Below are positions 11,161 to 21,329 of a stretch of 64,000 nucleotides of DNA, one piece after another; position 1 is the first letter of the stretch, and the number at the start of each line of letters is the position of its first letter. The position numbers and the translations under genes were made by a program. The notes beneath the pieces were generated by a model. That model saw nothing but the letters and a program-made list of their open reading frames with translations. It had not been told where the DNA came from and did not search any database. Source of the stretch: an uncultured Spirochaetota bacterium. Its GTDB lineage: Bacteria; Spirochaetota; Spirochaetia; SZUA-6; Fen-1364. The stretch is from positions 64,001 to 128,000 of the forward strand of contig CAVUXE010000053.1 of assembly GCA_963745235.1 (NCBI GenBank), read 5' to 3'.

Positions 11161-11580
11161 ATGCGCATCCTGCGCTCGCGGCTTGCGGATTTTTGCAGGG
11201 CTCATTCCATAGAAATCCTCTACGCATTTGGAAGCAGGGCGCGTGCCGCCCTGGACTCCCTTGACGACGTTCGAAGCGGTTTTGAGAGCGCTGGGTCGGA
11301 CCTGGACATTGGCGCGAAAGTCTCGGTTGACTCGCGTGTCGACGTGCGTGAAAAGGCAGTGATTGCAGTGGGGCTCGAGGATTTGTTCGGCGTCTCCCGG
11401 GTGGACCTCGTTCTCCTGCACGAAGCGGATCCTTTCCTTGCCGCCAACGTTATCCGCGGTGAACGCCTCTATTCCGTGGATGCCCATGCTGCGGATGAGT
11501 ATGAGCTGTACGTTCTCCGCAGGGCAGGAGACTGCGCTCCTCTTGAGCGTGAGAGGCTCGCGCTGCTCGAGGAATCATGA
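11161..11580 (+). CDS. Minimal nucleotidyltransferase (MNT/MntA-like antitoxin)
   Basis: YAFGSRAR...SDLDIG and VDLVLL Pol-beta motifs; ATGA overlap with the HEPN gene. Confidence 0.88.
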   Translation: MRILRSRLADFCRAHSIEILYAFGSRARAALDSLDDVRSGFESAGSDLDIGAKVSVDSRVDVREKAVIAVGLEDLFGVSRVDLVLLHEADPFLAANVIRGERLYSVDAHAADEYELYVLRRAGDCAPLERERLALLEES

Positions 11581-12158
11581 GCCCGGGGAAAGTGTCGCGG
11601 AGAATCCTCCTGGACCGCCTCTCGTGGGTGGATCGGATGATTTCGGGGATCCGCTCCCTTCCCTTGCAAAGCATGAGCGCGTTTGCTTCCGACTCACGAA
11701 ATGTCTGGAATGCGGAGTCCTGCCTCAGGAGGGCGCTTGAAGCCCTCTTTGATATCGGGCGGCACGTCCTGGCCAAGGGTTTTGGGAAAGGGGTTTCCGA
11801 GTACCGGGAGATCGCGGACAAGCTTGCTGAAAGCGGCGTTCTCTCAGGGCCGCAATCCCAGCTTCTCAAGATTCTTGCGGGCTACCGAAACAGGCTTGTT
11901 CATTTCTACCACGAGGTCTCTCTGGATGAGCTTTCCCAGACCTGCACCACCCAGCTCGGAGATGTCGTCGCGATGAGAGACGCCTTCCGTGCGTGGCTCG
12001 ACTCGCACCCCCCGCTCATCGACGACAGTCTCTCGGCGGCTTCCCCGTATGCATCACGAGGAACTTCACGATCTCAAAGCAGATGTGGTTCCCGCGCGCC
12101 GCTCATAAGCGGTCCACGGCGTCGTCGTACTGCTCCCGTGTGTCGATGTCCCGGGTGA
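11577..12158 (+). CDS. HEPN/DUF86 (HepT-like) RNase toxin; homology ends near 12030
   Basis: RNRLVHFY matches RX4HXY; EALFDIGRH helix. The expected stop after LIDDSL is missing. Confidence 0.85.
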   Translation: MSPGKVSRRILLDRLSWVDRMISGIRSLPLQSMSAFASDSRNVWNAESCLRRALEALFDIGRHVLAKGFGKGVSEYREIADKLAESGVLSGPQSQLLKILAGYRNRLVHFYHEVSLDELSQTCTTQLGDVVAMRDAFRAWLDSHPPLIDDSLSAASPYASRGTSRSQSRCGSRAPLISGPRRRRTAPVCRCPG

Positions 12159-12675
12159 CGGAGTCCTCAGGCCACGGGACTTCCTCCACCGTGAAGCGTG
12201 AAAGAAGACTCGGCATGGAACCCGTCACCGGGTCAGCAGCCAGGACCGCATCACGGACGGCTTTCCCCAGGAGGACAGGGTGCCCTCTCTCCCCATCGAA
12301 AACAGGGAATATCGCGTCGGCGTATTCGGCGCGGAGCAGGGATGAGTAGACATCCCGCGTAATGAAAGGCTTGTCTGCAAGAACGATGAAGAACCGCTCC
12401 GTGTCCACGCAGGAGGCGCCGCGTTGGATGGAGGAGAACATCCCCCTCTCCCAGCCCGGGTTTGCAGCAAGAGTCACCCTGTCGTCTCCTCGCAGGACGG
12501 CCGCAAGCTCGGACCCCCGGTAGCCGGTGACGACGATCACCCGCTGGCACGCGGAAAGGGCGGTTCGCACGACGGTCTGGATGATGGTTGATCCACGGAA
12601 CGGAAGGAGGGGTTTCCACTGACCCATGCGGGCGGAACGCCCCGCCGCCGGGACGATGCAGGTCACCGGGTCCAC
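12103..12675 (-). CDS. mocA: Molybdenum cofactor cytidylyltransferase (MocA/YgfJ-like)
   Basis: PAAGRSARMGQWKPLL, GMFSSI, LADKP, GHPVLL and DIDT motifs; near an MCD-requiring XdhD. Confidence 0.8.
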   Translation of the reverse strand: MDPVTCIVPAAGRSARMGQWKPLLPFRGSTIIQTVVRTALSACQRVIVVTGYRGSELAAVLRGDDRVTLAANPGWERGMFSSIQRGASCVDTERFFIVLADKPFITRDVYSSLLRAEYADAIFPVFDGERGHPVLLGKAVRDAVLAADPVTGSMPSLLSRFTVEEVPWPEDSVTRDIDTREQYDDAVDRL

Positions 12676-12680
12676 GCGAC

Positions 12681-12750
12681 ATGCTACACGCGGCCGCCGC
12701 CCGGCGCAAGGCGCTCCGACCTTGACCGTCCCATGGCGGAACTGTATCGT
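12681..12750. promoter_or_regulatory. Divergent promoters for mocA and adenosine deaminase
   Basis: Minus strand: TTGCGC-17-TAGCAT, 5 nt before GTG. Plus strand: TTGACC-17-TATCGT, 7 nt before ATG. Confidence 0.55.
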
Positions 12751-12757
12751 GAACCGG

Positions 12758-13973
12758 ATGACGTACAGGTATGATCCGGCTTTCATCCGCGCCATCCCCA
12801 AGACGGACCTGCACGTTCACCTCGACGGGTCCCTTCGAATCGGCACCCTGATCGAGCTTGCGCGGGAACGGAAGGTCGAGCTCCCGTCCTTCACGGAGGA
12901 AGGGTTGAATGAAAAGGTCTTCAAGCCCTCCTATGCGAATCTCCTCGAGTACCTGAGCGGCTTCACCTGGACTCTCAAGGTCCTTCAGGACAAGGAGTCG
13001 CTGGAAAGAGCGGCATACGAGCTCGCAATGGACAACTGGGCGGAGGGGGTCAGGTACCTCGAGGTCCGCTTCGCTCCGCAGCTTCACATGTCCCCCTCAT
13101 TTGGCCTGGACGGGGTGGTGCAGGCAGTGGACGGGGGGCTCCGCAGGGCGCGGGAGGAGATAAACCGCGGCCTGGCGGACACCGAGCCTCCCTTCGACTA
13201 CGGTGTGATCCTCTGCGCTATGCGTTTCTTCACCCCCGAGTTCTCCGAGTACTACCGGAACCTCACCCGGGTCCTTTCCGCTTCCAGCAGCCATGACATC
13301 ATCCGGACGGCGGGGCTGGAGCTTGCCCGGGCCGCCGTGCGGCTTCGCCGGGAAACGGCTCTGCAGGTGGTCGGCTTCGACCTTGCCGGGCAGTGAAGAA
13401 GGCTATCCGGCAAGCGAGCACGAGGAGGCCTACGAGTATGTCCACCGGCATTTCCTGAAGAAGACCGTCCACGCGGGAGAGGCGTACGGGCCCGAATCGG
13501 TCTTCCAGGCCATCGCCAAGCTGCACGCGGACAGGATAGGACACGGGCTGCACATGTTCGACGAGGACATGATCTCCACGGGCAGCGAGCCGGAGAAGAA
13601 GGCGTACGTGGAAAACCTGGTGAACTATATTGCGGAAAACCGCACCACCATCGAGGTCTGTCTCACGAGCAACCTCCAGACCTCTCCGGGCCTTGTGGAT
13701 GTGCGGGACCATTCCCTGCAGAAGATGCTGGACCACCGCCTGTCCCTGACGTTCTGCACGGACAACAGGCTCGTATCCCACACCACCGTCACGAGGGAGC
13801 TCACTCTTGCCCTGGACAATTTCTCCATCCCGCCGGACCAGCTCAAAGACATCATCGTCTACGGATTCAAGCGCTCGTTCTACTACCACCCCTACTCGGA
13901 AAAGAGGAAGTGGGTGCGGAACGTCATCGACTATTACGAGGCGGTAGAGGAAAAGTTCGGGATCGATTCGTAG
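12758..13973 (+). CDS. add: Adenosine/adenine deaminase; frameshift near 13390
   Basis: PKTDLHVHLDGS, YLEVRFAP, GFDLAG, TVHAGE, RIGHG, EVCLTSN and TDN motifs. Confidence 0.88.
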
Positions 13974-14049
13974 AGGCCTGACAAGTCTTTTTACAATTCT
14001 TTTTCCTCGACGTGACAACACAGTCGCCTCTGGGCGCCACACTGGAATC

Positions 14050-16347
14050 ATGAACCGAACACAGGAGGCGCATGTGAGAAGCAATCCCATCGGAATCTGG
14101 ATGATGGCCCTGTTCCTGGTTTGCATGGCGCCGGCCGTCGGCCGGCCGGACGGGCTCATCGTGGTGAGCGATCCGCCGCCCGCCGCCCCGGGGCATTTCG
14201 GTTTTGCCCCTCTTCAGGTCCTCTACCATCGCGTCAATGTGGCCGTGAACGGCCTGGTGGCGGTCACGGAAGTGGACCAGGAGTTCTTCAACGCGGGCAG
14301 CCAGCGGCTGGAAGGCACGTATGTCTTTCCCATACCGACGGGCGCCAACATCGATCGATTTTCCCTGGAGGTGGGCGGGAGAATGATGGACGCGGAATTG
14401 CTCCCCGCGGACAAGGCCAGGTCACTGTACGAGGAGATCGTGCGCAAGGAGCGGGACCCTGCCCTCCTGGAATACGCCGGCCGGGGCGCGTTCACCCTGC
14501 GGATCTTTCCCATCGAGCCGCATTCCGGCAAGAGGATCAGGATCAGGTACACGCAGCTCCTGACAAGCGACTCGGGCATGACACAGTACGTCTACACGCT
14601 GGGCACGGAGAAGTTCAGCTCGATCCCGGTTTCCGAGGTCTCCGTGCACATGACCATCGACGGCGAGCAGCCCTTGAAGACCATCTACAGCCCGAGCCAC
14701 GACGTCGAGGTAAAACGGCAGGGTGACAGGCGCGCCGTGATCGGATGGGAGACCAGGAACGCGTGGCCGGACACTGATTTCAAGGTCATATTCTCACGGA
14801 CCCCGAATTCCCTGGGCATCGATTTCATGGCAAGCAGGCAGCCGGGGAAGGACGGGTACTTCGTCCTCCTGGCCTCTCCCGGCATGACCGTTGAGAAGGG
14901 AAGCATTTCAGCCAAGGACGTCTGTTTCGTGCTGGACACCTCGGGGTCAATGGCGGGCGCCAAGCTTGCGCAGGCAAAGAAGGCTCTCCGGTTCTGCCTT
15001 GCCAGCCTTGCGCCGCGTGACAGGTTCGACGTCGTGCGCTTCTCCACCGAGGCAGAGCCGCTCTTTCAGTCCCTGGTCCCCGCGGACGGGCACCACGTTG
15101 CGCAGGCGGAGGATTTCGTGGACGGCCTCTCCGCAATGGGCGGAACGGCGATCGCGGATGCGCTGGACACGGCGCTCTCCCTCCGGGAGGCCGGTGAACG
15201 GCCGTACATGGTCATCTTTCTGACTGACGGCATCCCCACGGTCGGAGAAACCTCCGAAGACGCGCTGGTGGACCGGGTCACCCATGCCGGCCGCGCCACG
15301 CGGATCTTCTCCTTCGGCATAGGGAACGACGTGAACACTCACCTCCTGGACAGGATAGCGTCCGAGACTCGAGCGGTGAGCCAGTACGTGCTTCCCGAGG
15401 AGGACATCGAGCTCAAGGTGAGCTCCTTCTACGCCAGGATCAACGAGCCGGTCTTTTCCGACCTGACACTTTCCTTCACGAACCCTGCCGTCCATGTCAC
15501 GCAGCTGCTTCCGTCTGCACTCCCTGACCTTTTCAACGGCGACATGCTCGTGGTTTTCGGGAGGTACTCGGGCTCGGGCGCTCGGGGCTGTGCGGGATCA
15601 GCGGTCAATTCAATGGCGGGAAAGCGGGAGTTCGCCGCGGACCTCACCTTTCCCGCCGAACAGGCCGGCAACGACTACATCCCCCGGCTCTGGGCCGCGC
15701 GCCGGGTCGGCTGGCTCCTGGACGAGATCAGGCTGCACGGAGAGTCCGCGGAGCTGGTGGATGAGGTCATCCGCCTTGCGCGGGAGTTCGCCATCGTGAC
15801 CCCGTACACCGCTTCCCTCATCCTGGAGGATGAGGAAAAGCGAAACGTGCCGTCTTCACTGCGCTCGTTCCAGGAGCTGGGGGACGACGTCAGCGCCCGC
15901 GACAACGCTCGGAGCAGGCTGGACTCGGTTCGGCGGGAAGCCGCTTCGGAATCGAGCAGGGCAGGCGCCCCCGCTGTCCAGAACTCCATTGCCATGAACG
16001 ACCTGAAGGCCAGCCAGAACCTCGGCCAGGCAGCCCAGTCCTCGGGGCTTGAAAAGGCGGCGTCGGCGCCGCCTGCCGCCGGCTACAAGGCCGCGCAGAG
16101 GAACAACTACGCTCAGCAGGTGCGGGTGGTGAACGGACGCGCCTTCTATCAGAACGGGAACGTCTGGACTGACTCTACTGCTCAGTCGAAAAAGTCGTTG
16201 AAGGAGAGGCGCGTTTCATTCGGCAGCCGTGACTACTTCGACCTGCTTGCCAGGACCCCGGCGCTCTCCTCGTGGCTTGCGCTGGGAAACAATGTGGATG
16301 TCGTCGTTGACGACACTCTATACAGCATTCGCGACTCAGGGAGATGA
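14050..16347 (+). CDS. Secreted VIT + vWA domain protein (inter-alpha-trypsin inhibitor-like)
   Basis: Signal peptide, VIT (EGTYVFP, DPALLEY), MIDAS DTSGS, FLTDGIPTVG, IVTPYTAS. Confidence 0.88.
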   Translation: MNRTQEAHVRSNPIGIWMMALFLVCMAPAVGRPDGLIVVSDPPPAAPGHFGFAPLQVLYHRVNVAVNGLVAVTEVDQEFFNAGSQRLEGTYVFPIPTGANIDRFSLEVGGRMMDAELLPADKARSLYEEIVRKERDPALLEYAGRGAFTLRIFPIEPHSGKRIRIRYTQLLTSDSGMTQYVYTLGTEKFSSIPVSEVSVHMTIDGEQPLKTIYSPSHDVEVKRQGDRRAVIGWETRNAWPDTDFKVIFSRTPNSLGIDFMASRQPGKDGYFVLLASPGMTVEKGSISAKDVCFVLDTSGSMAGAKLAQAKKALRFCLASLAPRDRFDVVRFSTEAEPLFQSLVPADGHHVAQAEDFVDGLSAMGGTAIADALDTALSLREAGERPYMVIFLTDGIPTVGETSEDALVDRVTHAGRATRIFSFGIGNDVNTHLLDRIASETRAVSQYVLPEEDIELKVSSFYARINEPVFSDLTLSFTNPAVHVTQLLPSALPDLFNGDMLVVFGRYSGSGARGCAGSAVNSMAGKREFAADLTFPAEQAGNDYIPRLWAARRVGWLLDEIRLHGESAELVDEVIRLAREFAIVTPYTASLILEDEEKRNVPSSLRSFQELGDDVSARDNARSRLDSVRREAASESSRAGAPAVQNSIAMNDLKASQNLGQAAQSSGLEKAASAPPAAGYKAAQRNNYAQQVRVVNGRAFYQNGNVWTDSTAQSKKSLKERRVSFGSRDYFDLLARTPALSSWLALGNNVDVVVDDTLYSIRDSGR

Positions 16348-16351
16348 GAAG

Positions 16352-17493
16352 ATGAAAAGGATCGTGTCAGCGGTTCTGCTCGCGGCTGCATCGCTTGTTT
16401 TCGCAGCGTCCGGTTTTGCGGCGCCGGATCCCAAGGGTTCTGCCTCTCCCGGGCCTGGCTTCACCGCCGGGAAACCGCGCGTGGAGGTGACTTTCGTCCT
16501 GGACTCCACGGGCTCCATGGGAGGGCTGATCGAAGGGGCCAAGCAGAAGATCTGGTCCATCGCGAATGCCATTATTTCGCGCACGCCGACCCCCGAGGTG
16601 CGGATCGGGCTCGTCACCTACCGTGACAGGGGGGACGAGTACGTCACGCGGCGATTCGACCTCACGGAGGATATCGATTCGGTATACAGGAACCTCCAGT
16701 CCATCACCGCGGACGGCGGAGGGGATGACCCGGAGAGCGTGAACCAGGCTCTCCATGAGGCGGTCACGGACCTCGCCTGGACTCGCGGCGCGAAAGTGCT
16801 GAAGATCATTTTCCTGGTCGGTGACTATCCGCCGCACATGGACTACCCTGACGACGTGAAGTATCCGGTCACTGCCCGGGAGGCCGTGCAGACGGGGCAT
16901 CATCATCGACACGGTGCAGTGCGGAGACGTTGCGGAAACCACGCCCGTGTGGAAGGAAATAGCCCGCATGGCCGACGGCTCCTTCGTGGCGCTGGCGCAG
17001 TCAGGCAACATGACGGCCATGACCACCCCGTACGACGAGGAGATTGCACGGACGAGCGCGGAGATAGGCTCCACCGTCATCACCTACGGGGACGCGAAGA
17101 AGCAGGAAGAGTCACGGAGCAAGGTCGCAAAGGCGGCCGGGGCGCCGTCCACCGTGGCCGCGGACAGGGCCGCTTACAACCTTGCCAGCGGCGGCAAGGC
17201 CATCCAGGGGACGGGGGACCTGGTGGAGGACCTCAGGGAAGGGAGAGTTGACCTGGGCCGGCTCCCGCTGAAACAGCTCCCTCTCGAGCTGCAAGGCATG
17301 AGCCCAGCCCAGAGGAAAGAATACGTGGCGTCCCAGCAGGCAAGGCGGGACGCGCTGAATGCGCGCCTGGCGGAGCTCTCAGAGAAGCGCGCGGACTACG
17401 CTCTGAAAGAACGGCGAGCGGCCGCCGGGCAGCGACGCCTTCGACACGAAGGTCTCCGAGATCATATCCACTCAGGTCGCGCGGGTGCGATAG
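16352..17493 (+). CDS. Secreted vWA domain protein; frameshifts near 16895 and 17420
   Basis: Signal peptide MKRIVSAVLLAAA, VLDSTGSM MIDAS, LVTYRD, GGGDDPESV, FLVGDYPPH. Confidence 0.85.
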
Positions 17494-17540
17494 GGCAGGG
17501 AGGTGTGGGGGGCGCGCCCGAGCTGGCCGCCCCGCCGCCT

Positions 17541-18008
17541 CTATCTACCGAGAAAACCCCGAAACTCGTTCTCCCTCATGATCTCCAGGAACACGGATGA
17601 GGAGTCCTGCAGGCCCACCTGGAGGGCGTGGGCAGAGAAAAGCCTGCTGAACGCGGACATGGGGTGCAGTGCCCCGGGGGCCATTCCTCCGCTGATGCAC
17701 TTGTAGGCCCCGGTGCGCGAGACCACGCGGCTGAATGTGACCTCCGCCCTGTCGAAGCTGAGCTCGGTCTTCTCGTACTTCTGGCGTGAGCCCAGGATCT
17801 TCGAAAGCCAGTTGTCTCTTTCGAAGTCTTCGAACCAGATCCGTTCTCCGACGGTGTACAGGAGCCCGGGAAGCCCGAGCGGTCCGTCACCCGAACGCCC
17901 CAGGAGCGTGGCGAAGGTGAAGAGCCCGATCTCGCCTCCTCTCTTTTCTCCCGTCTTGCGCCAGAACTCGGCCGGGTTCTCGTCCTGCCGCCTGCTCCAC
18001 AACTGCAT
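17541..18008 (-). CDS. Hypothetical protein
   Basis: 155-aa ORF with an SD-like GGGGG; fills the gap with coherent composition. Confidence 0.65.
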   Translation of the reverse strand: MQLWSRRQDENPAEFWRKTGEKRGGEIGLFTFATLLGRSGDGPLGLPGLLYTVGERIWFEDFERDNWLSKILGSRQKYEKTELSFDRAEVTFSRVVSRTGAYKCISGGMAPGALHPMSAFSRLFSAHALQVGLQDSSSVFLEIMRENEFRGFLGR

Positions 18009-18127
18009 CAAAGCCCCCTTGCAGGGGACACAATAGTCCCGCGGCACGGGGGCGTCAATCTATTGATTCTCTCCGCCGATTGATTGCATTCTTCGATCGA
18101 CACCATTCGTTGCGTCAGGAGGGGGAA

Positions 18128-19369
18128 ATGGCCCGACGGGCAGGATTGATCGCCTGCGTGGCGCTGCTGGCCGCAGCAGTCACCCAGGCCCAGGAAAAGC
18201 TGGAAATCTTCTCATGGTGGACAGGGGACAACGGCGTCGCCCTCCAGGCCCTCGTCCAGAAGTACAACTCCCTCTATCCCGATGTTGCCGTCATCAACGC
18301 GTCCGTAACGACAGGCGCGGGGGTCAATGCCCATGACGTCCTCTGGAGACGCATGCTCGTCGGAGATCCCCCGGACAGCTTCCAGGTGCGCGGCGGCCAG
18401 GACCTCATTTCCACCTGGGTCATTGCCAACCGTGTTGAGGACCTCGGCGGCTTCTACAAGACGCAGGGATGGAGCGCGGCCATCCCCCGGGACCTGACGG
18501 CGCTGCTGTCCACGAAGACCGGCACCTGGAGCGTCCCGCTGGCGGTCAACCGCAGCAACGTCCTGTGGTATGTCCCCGCGCGGCTCTCCGGCTGGGGCCT
18601 GAACCCGCCGCGGACCATGGGTGAGCTCCTGAACGCGTGTCGGAAGCTGAAGGACGCCGGCGTGGACGCGCCTCTTGCCGTGGGAGACGCATCCACGCTG
18701 GTCCACCTGTGGGAGTCAGTCGCTGTTGCCACCCTTGGGCCCGACGACTGGTCCGCCCTGTGGTCAGGGAGGTTGAAGTTCACCGACCCGAGAGTGGTCC
18801 GAGTCTGGGACACTTTCGGCAGGCTCATGGATTTCACAAACGATGGCGCGGGCGGTCTCTCCTGGCAGCAGGTCTTGGACAGGGTGGTCAAGGGAGACTC
18901 CGCGTTTGCCTTCATGGGCGACTGGACCGAAGGCTACCTGGCAGACACGCTCAAGCTCACTCCGGGAGAGGGCTTTGCCTGGATCCCGTCACCGGGCACC
19001 AACGGAATATTCGTCGCGCGGGTTGATTCATTCTGCCTCCCGAAGGGGATCAAGGACACCGCATCGGTCTTCAAATGGCTGATGATGCTGGGGACCCGGG
19101 ACGCCCAGGACGTCTTCAATTCCGTGAACGGCTCCATCTCACCGCGTCGGGATTCGGAGGTGGAGAAATACGATCCGTACTTCCGGTCAGCTGCCAAGGA
19201 TTGGAGGGAGAGCAGGATCGTCGGAAGCATGGCCCACGGCATGGTGGCCCCCAAGGAGTTCGTGACCCAGTTCGCGGACGTCGTGGACATCTATCTTGCC
19301 GCACGGGACCCTCGCGCTGCTGCCGGCGCCGTCCAGGCCATTGCGGACATGGCGCGCCTGGGCAGGTAG
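18128..19369 (+). CDS. Sugar ABC transporter substrate-binding protein (glucose/mannose type)
   Basis: Signal peptide, LEIFSWWT, GDPPDSFQ, FMGDW, DSFCLPKG. Confidence 0.88.
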   Translation: MARRAGLIACVALLAAAVTQAQEKLEIFSWWTGDNGVALQALVQKYNSLYPDVAVINASVTTGAGVNAHDVLWRRMLVGDPPDSFQVRGGQDLISTWVIANRVEDLGGFYKTQGWSAAIPRDLTALLSTKTGTWSVPLAVNRSNVLWYVPARLSGWGLNPPRTMGELLNACRKLKDAGVDAPLAVGDASTLVHLWESVAVATLGPDDWSALWSGRLKFTDPRVVRVWDTFGRLMDFTNDGAGGLSWQQVLDRVVKGDSAFAFMGDWTEGYLADTLKLTPGEGFAWIPSPGTNGIFVARVDSFCLPKGIKDTASVFKWLMMLGTRDAQDVFNSVNGSISPRRDSEVEKYDPYFRSAAKDWRESRIVGSMAHGMVAPKEFVTQFADVVDIYLAARDPRAAAGAVQAIADMARLGR

Positions 19370-19374
19370 GGCTC

Positions 19375-20034
19375 TCAGAGCCTCGCGCCGACAAGGAGCT
19401 GGACACTCACGGACAGGTAGGTCAGGGATACGGAGGAAAGCCCGAGGCTCTGCAGGGCTGAGAGGGAGCTGCTGTCCGCCGCGCTCAGCGGCTTGAACCC
19501 GACAAGGACCTCCGGGCGCAGGAAGAACCGGCCCAGGATGACGTCCGCGCCCACTCCGCCCATGAGCCAGAGCTCATTCAGGTCCGCCTGCTGAGCGGGC
19601 GTGAATCCAGCCTTCAAGTCGTTCCCGCTCGCATCCGTGAGCGTCAGATTGAGGTTGAGCTGCGCCCCGAGAAGGGGAAATATCAGGACACCGCCCAGAT
19701 CGATTGGATATTTGGCGAACCCCGCAATCGTAAAATACGTTGCCTCACCGTTGAAGCTGGGCGCCGTTATGGTGGCCGCGACCCCGGGCGTCGAGCCATG
19801 GTCTATCATGTAGCCGATGTCGATCTCCGCGTATGTGATGTCGAAAAAAAGCTTGCTGGCCAGGGAAACGGAGCTGCTCACTCTGTCCGTCGCGCCTCCT
19901 GAAGCCGATGCCGTGAGCTCGCTCGAAGAATACGTGGGAGCTATGCCTGCCCCCATGCTGAAGGTGAGCGCGAAGCTCTTGCCAGCGACGGCGAGGAGGA
20001 CCAGGGCGATGGACGCGCACGACAGCTTTCTCAT
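19375..20034 (-). CDS. Outer-membrane beta-barrel protein
   Basis: Signal peptide; FFDITYAE, AKYPIDLG, LWLMGGVGAD and FLRPEVL beta-strands typical of spirochaete 8-stranded OMPs. Confidence 0.7.
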   Translation of the reverse strand: MRKLSCASIALVLLAVAGKSFALTFSMGAGIAPTYSSSELTASASGGATDRVSSSVSLASKLFFDITYAEIDIGYMIDHGSTPGVAATITAPSFNGEATYFTIAGFAKYPIDLGGVLIFPLLGAQLNLNLTLTDASGNDLKAGFTPAQQADLNELWLMGGVGADVILGRFFLRPEVLVGFKPLSAADSSSLSALQSLGLSSVSLTYLSVSVQLLVGARL

Positions 20035-20041
20035 TACAATC

Positions 20042-20569
20042 TCAGGGCGTAAAGTTTGCCTGGATAGTCGCGCTGCCGCTTGTCAGCGTGACTGTCGTTG
20101 TTGCACTTGTTGGCGCGGCGATGGTGGCAGTCCCTGACGTCACTGTCCAGTTGACAAAGGTGCCCGTGGTGGTAGCTGTGATGGAGGTCTGGGCGCCGTA
20201 GTCGACAGACACAGGTCCGAACGGCGTCGTTGTGCCGGTCCCGACGAAGTTGACGGTGAGCGTATATTGGAGGACGGAAAAATTCGCCTGGATGGCCGCA
20301 TCCCCGACGGTGAGCGTGACCGTTGTTGACGCTCCGTTGGGATTCGCGATGATTGCCGGGCCGGAAATGGTGGTCCAGTTGACGAAGCTGTACCCCGCGT
20401 AGGGAGTCGCGGAGATGTTTATGGCCTTGCCAGGGGCGACCGCGAGGCTGGGTGTGGCTGCACCCGGCGTACTGGGGCTGGGCCCGCCCTGACCCGAGAC
20501 CTGGATGGTCAGCATGAGGTAGTACAACGAGCACCCCGCGGCACCTGCCCCGAGGGCCGCGAGGATCAA
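20042..20569 (-). CDS. Lipoprotein with two InlB B-repeat-like (beta-grasp/Ig-like) domains
   Basis: Lipobox AAGC; two repeats ISAT...FVNWT...AxI...TTVTL...A.IQANF; start codon uncertain. Confidence 0.65.
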   Translation of the reverse strand: MILAALGAGAAGCSLYYLMLTIQVSGQGGPSPSTPGAATPSLAVAPGKAINISATPYAGYSFVNWTTISGPAIIANPNGASTTVTLTVGDAAIQANFSVLQYTLTVNFVGTGTTTPFGPVSVDYGAQTSITATTTGTFVNWTVTSGTATIAAPTSATTTVTLTSGSATIQANFTP

Positions 20570-20588
20570 GAGGCAGATGATTGTCCGA

Positions 20589-21329
20589 CTACTTCTTCTG
20601 GCCGTAATACGCGTTTTTCCCGTGCTTTCTCCGAAAGTGCTTGTCCAGGAGGGTCTGCTTGACTCCCCTGATCCGCGGATTCACCGAGACGGAAATGGCG
20701 TTCATGCGCGCCACGAGCTCCAGGATGAAAGCGTGGTAGACGGCGGCCGCCGGGCTTGTGCCCCACGTGAAGGGTCCGTGCGATGCCACGAGGACCGCCG
20801 GCATCTCGCGATAGTCGACCCGCTTGAACGCGTTGATGATCTGGACGGCAGTCTGCTCCTCGTAGTCGAGGGCGATCTGGGCGTCCGTAATGACCTCCGT
20901 GCACGGGACGGGTCCATGGAAATAATCCGCGTGCGTCGTCCCGAGGCAGGGCAGGGGCAGCCGGGCCTGCGCCCACGCGGTGGCGTGGAGCGAGTGCGTG
21001 TGGACGACGCCTCCGATCTCGGGAAACTCCTTGTACAGCATGACATGAGTCCGGGTATCCGAGGAGGGGTTCAGGTCCCCTTCCACCCGCCTGCCTTCAA
21101 GGTCCAGGAGGACCATGTTTGACGGCGTCAGCTCTTCGTATTCAACGCCGCTGGGCTTGATGGCAATGAGCCCCAGCGCCCGATCAATCCCTGACACGTT
21201 GCCGAAAGTTGAAACCACAAGGCCTCTTTCCACCAGCTCGAGGTTGGCCTTGTAGACCGCTTCCCGCAGGATCCTTATTCCCTGCTGGTTCTTTTTCTTC
21301 GGCCTCTTCATTGTCACCGTTGCCTTCAT
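20589..21329 (-). CDS. araD: L-ribulose-5-phosphate 4-epimerase
   Basis: FGNVSG, IKPSGV, PSSDTRTH, HTHS, GTTHADYF, HGPFTWG, HGKNAYYGQ. Confidence 0.95.
   Translation of the reverse strand: MKATVTMKRPKKKNQQGIRILREAVYKANLELVERGLVVSTFGNVSGIDRALGLIAIKPSGVEYEELTPSNMVLLDLEGRRVEGDLNPSSDTRTHVMLYKEFPEIGGVVHTHSLHATAWAQARLPLPCLGTTHADYFHGPVPCTEVITDAQIALDYEEQTAVQIINAFKRVDYREMPAVLVASHGPFTWGTSPAAAVYHAFILELVARMNAISVSVNPRIRGVKQTLLDKHFRRKHGKNAYYGQKK

Noticed and set aside
13385-13400. TGA in adenosine deaminase as selenocysteine
   Set aside because: The protein continues in a different frame (DLAG-SEEGY); an extra G explains it.
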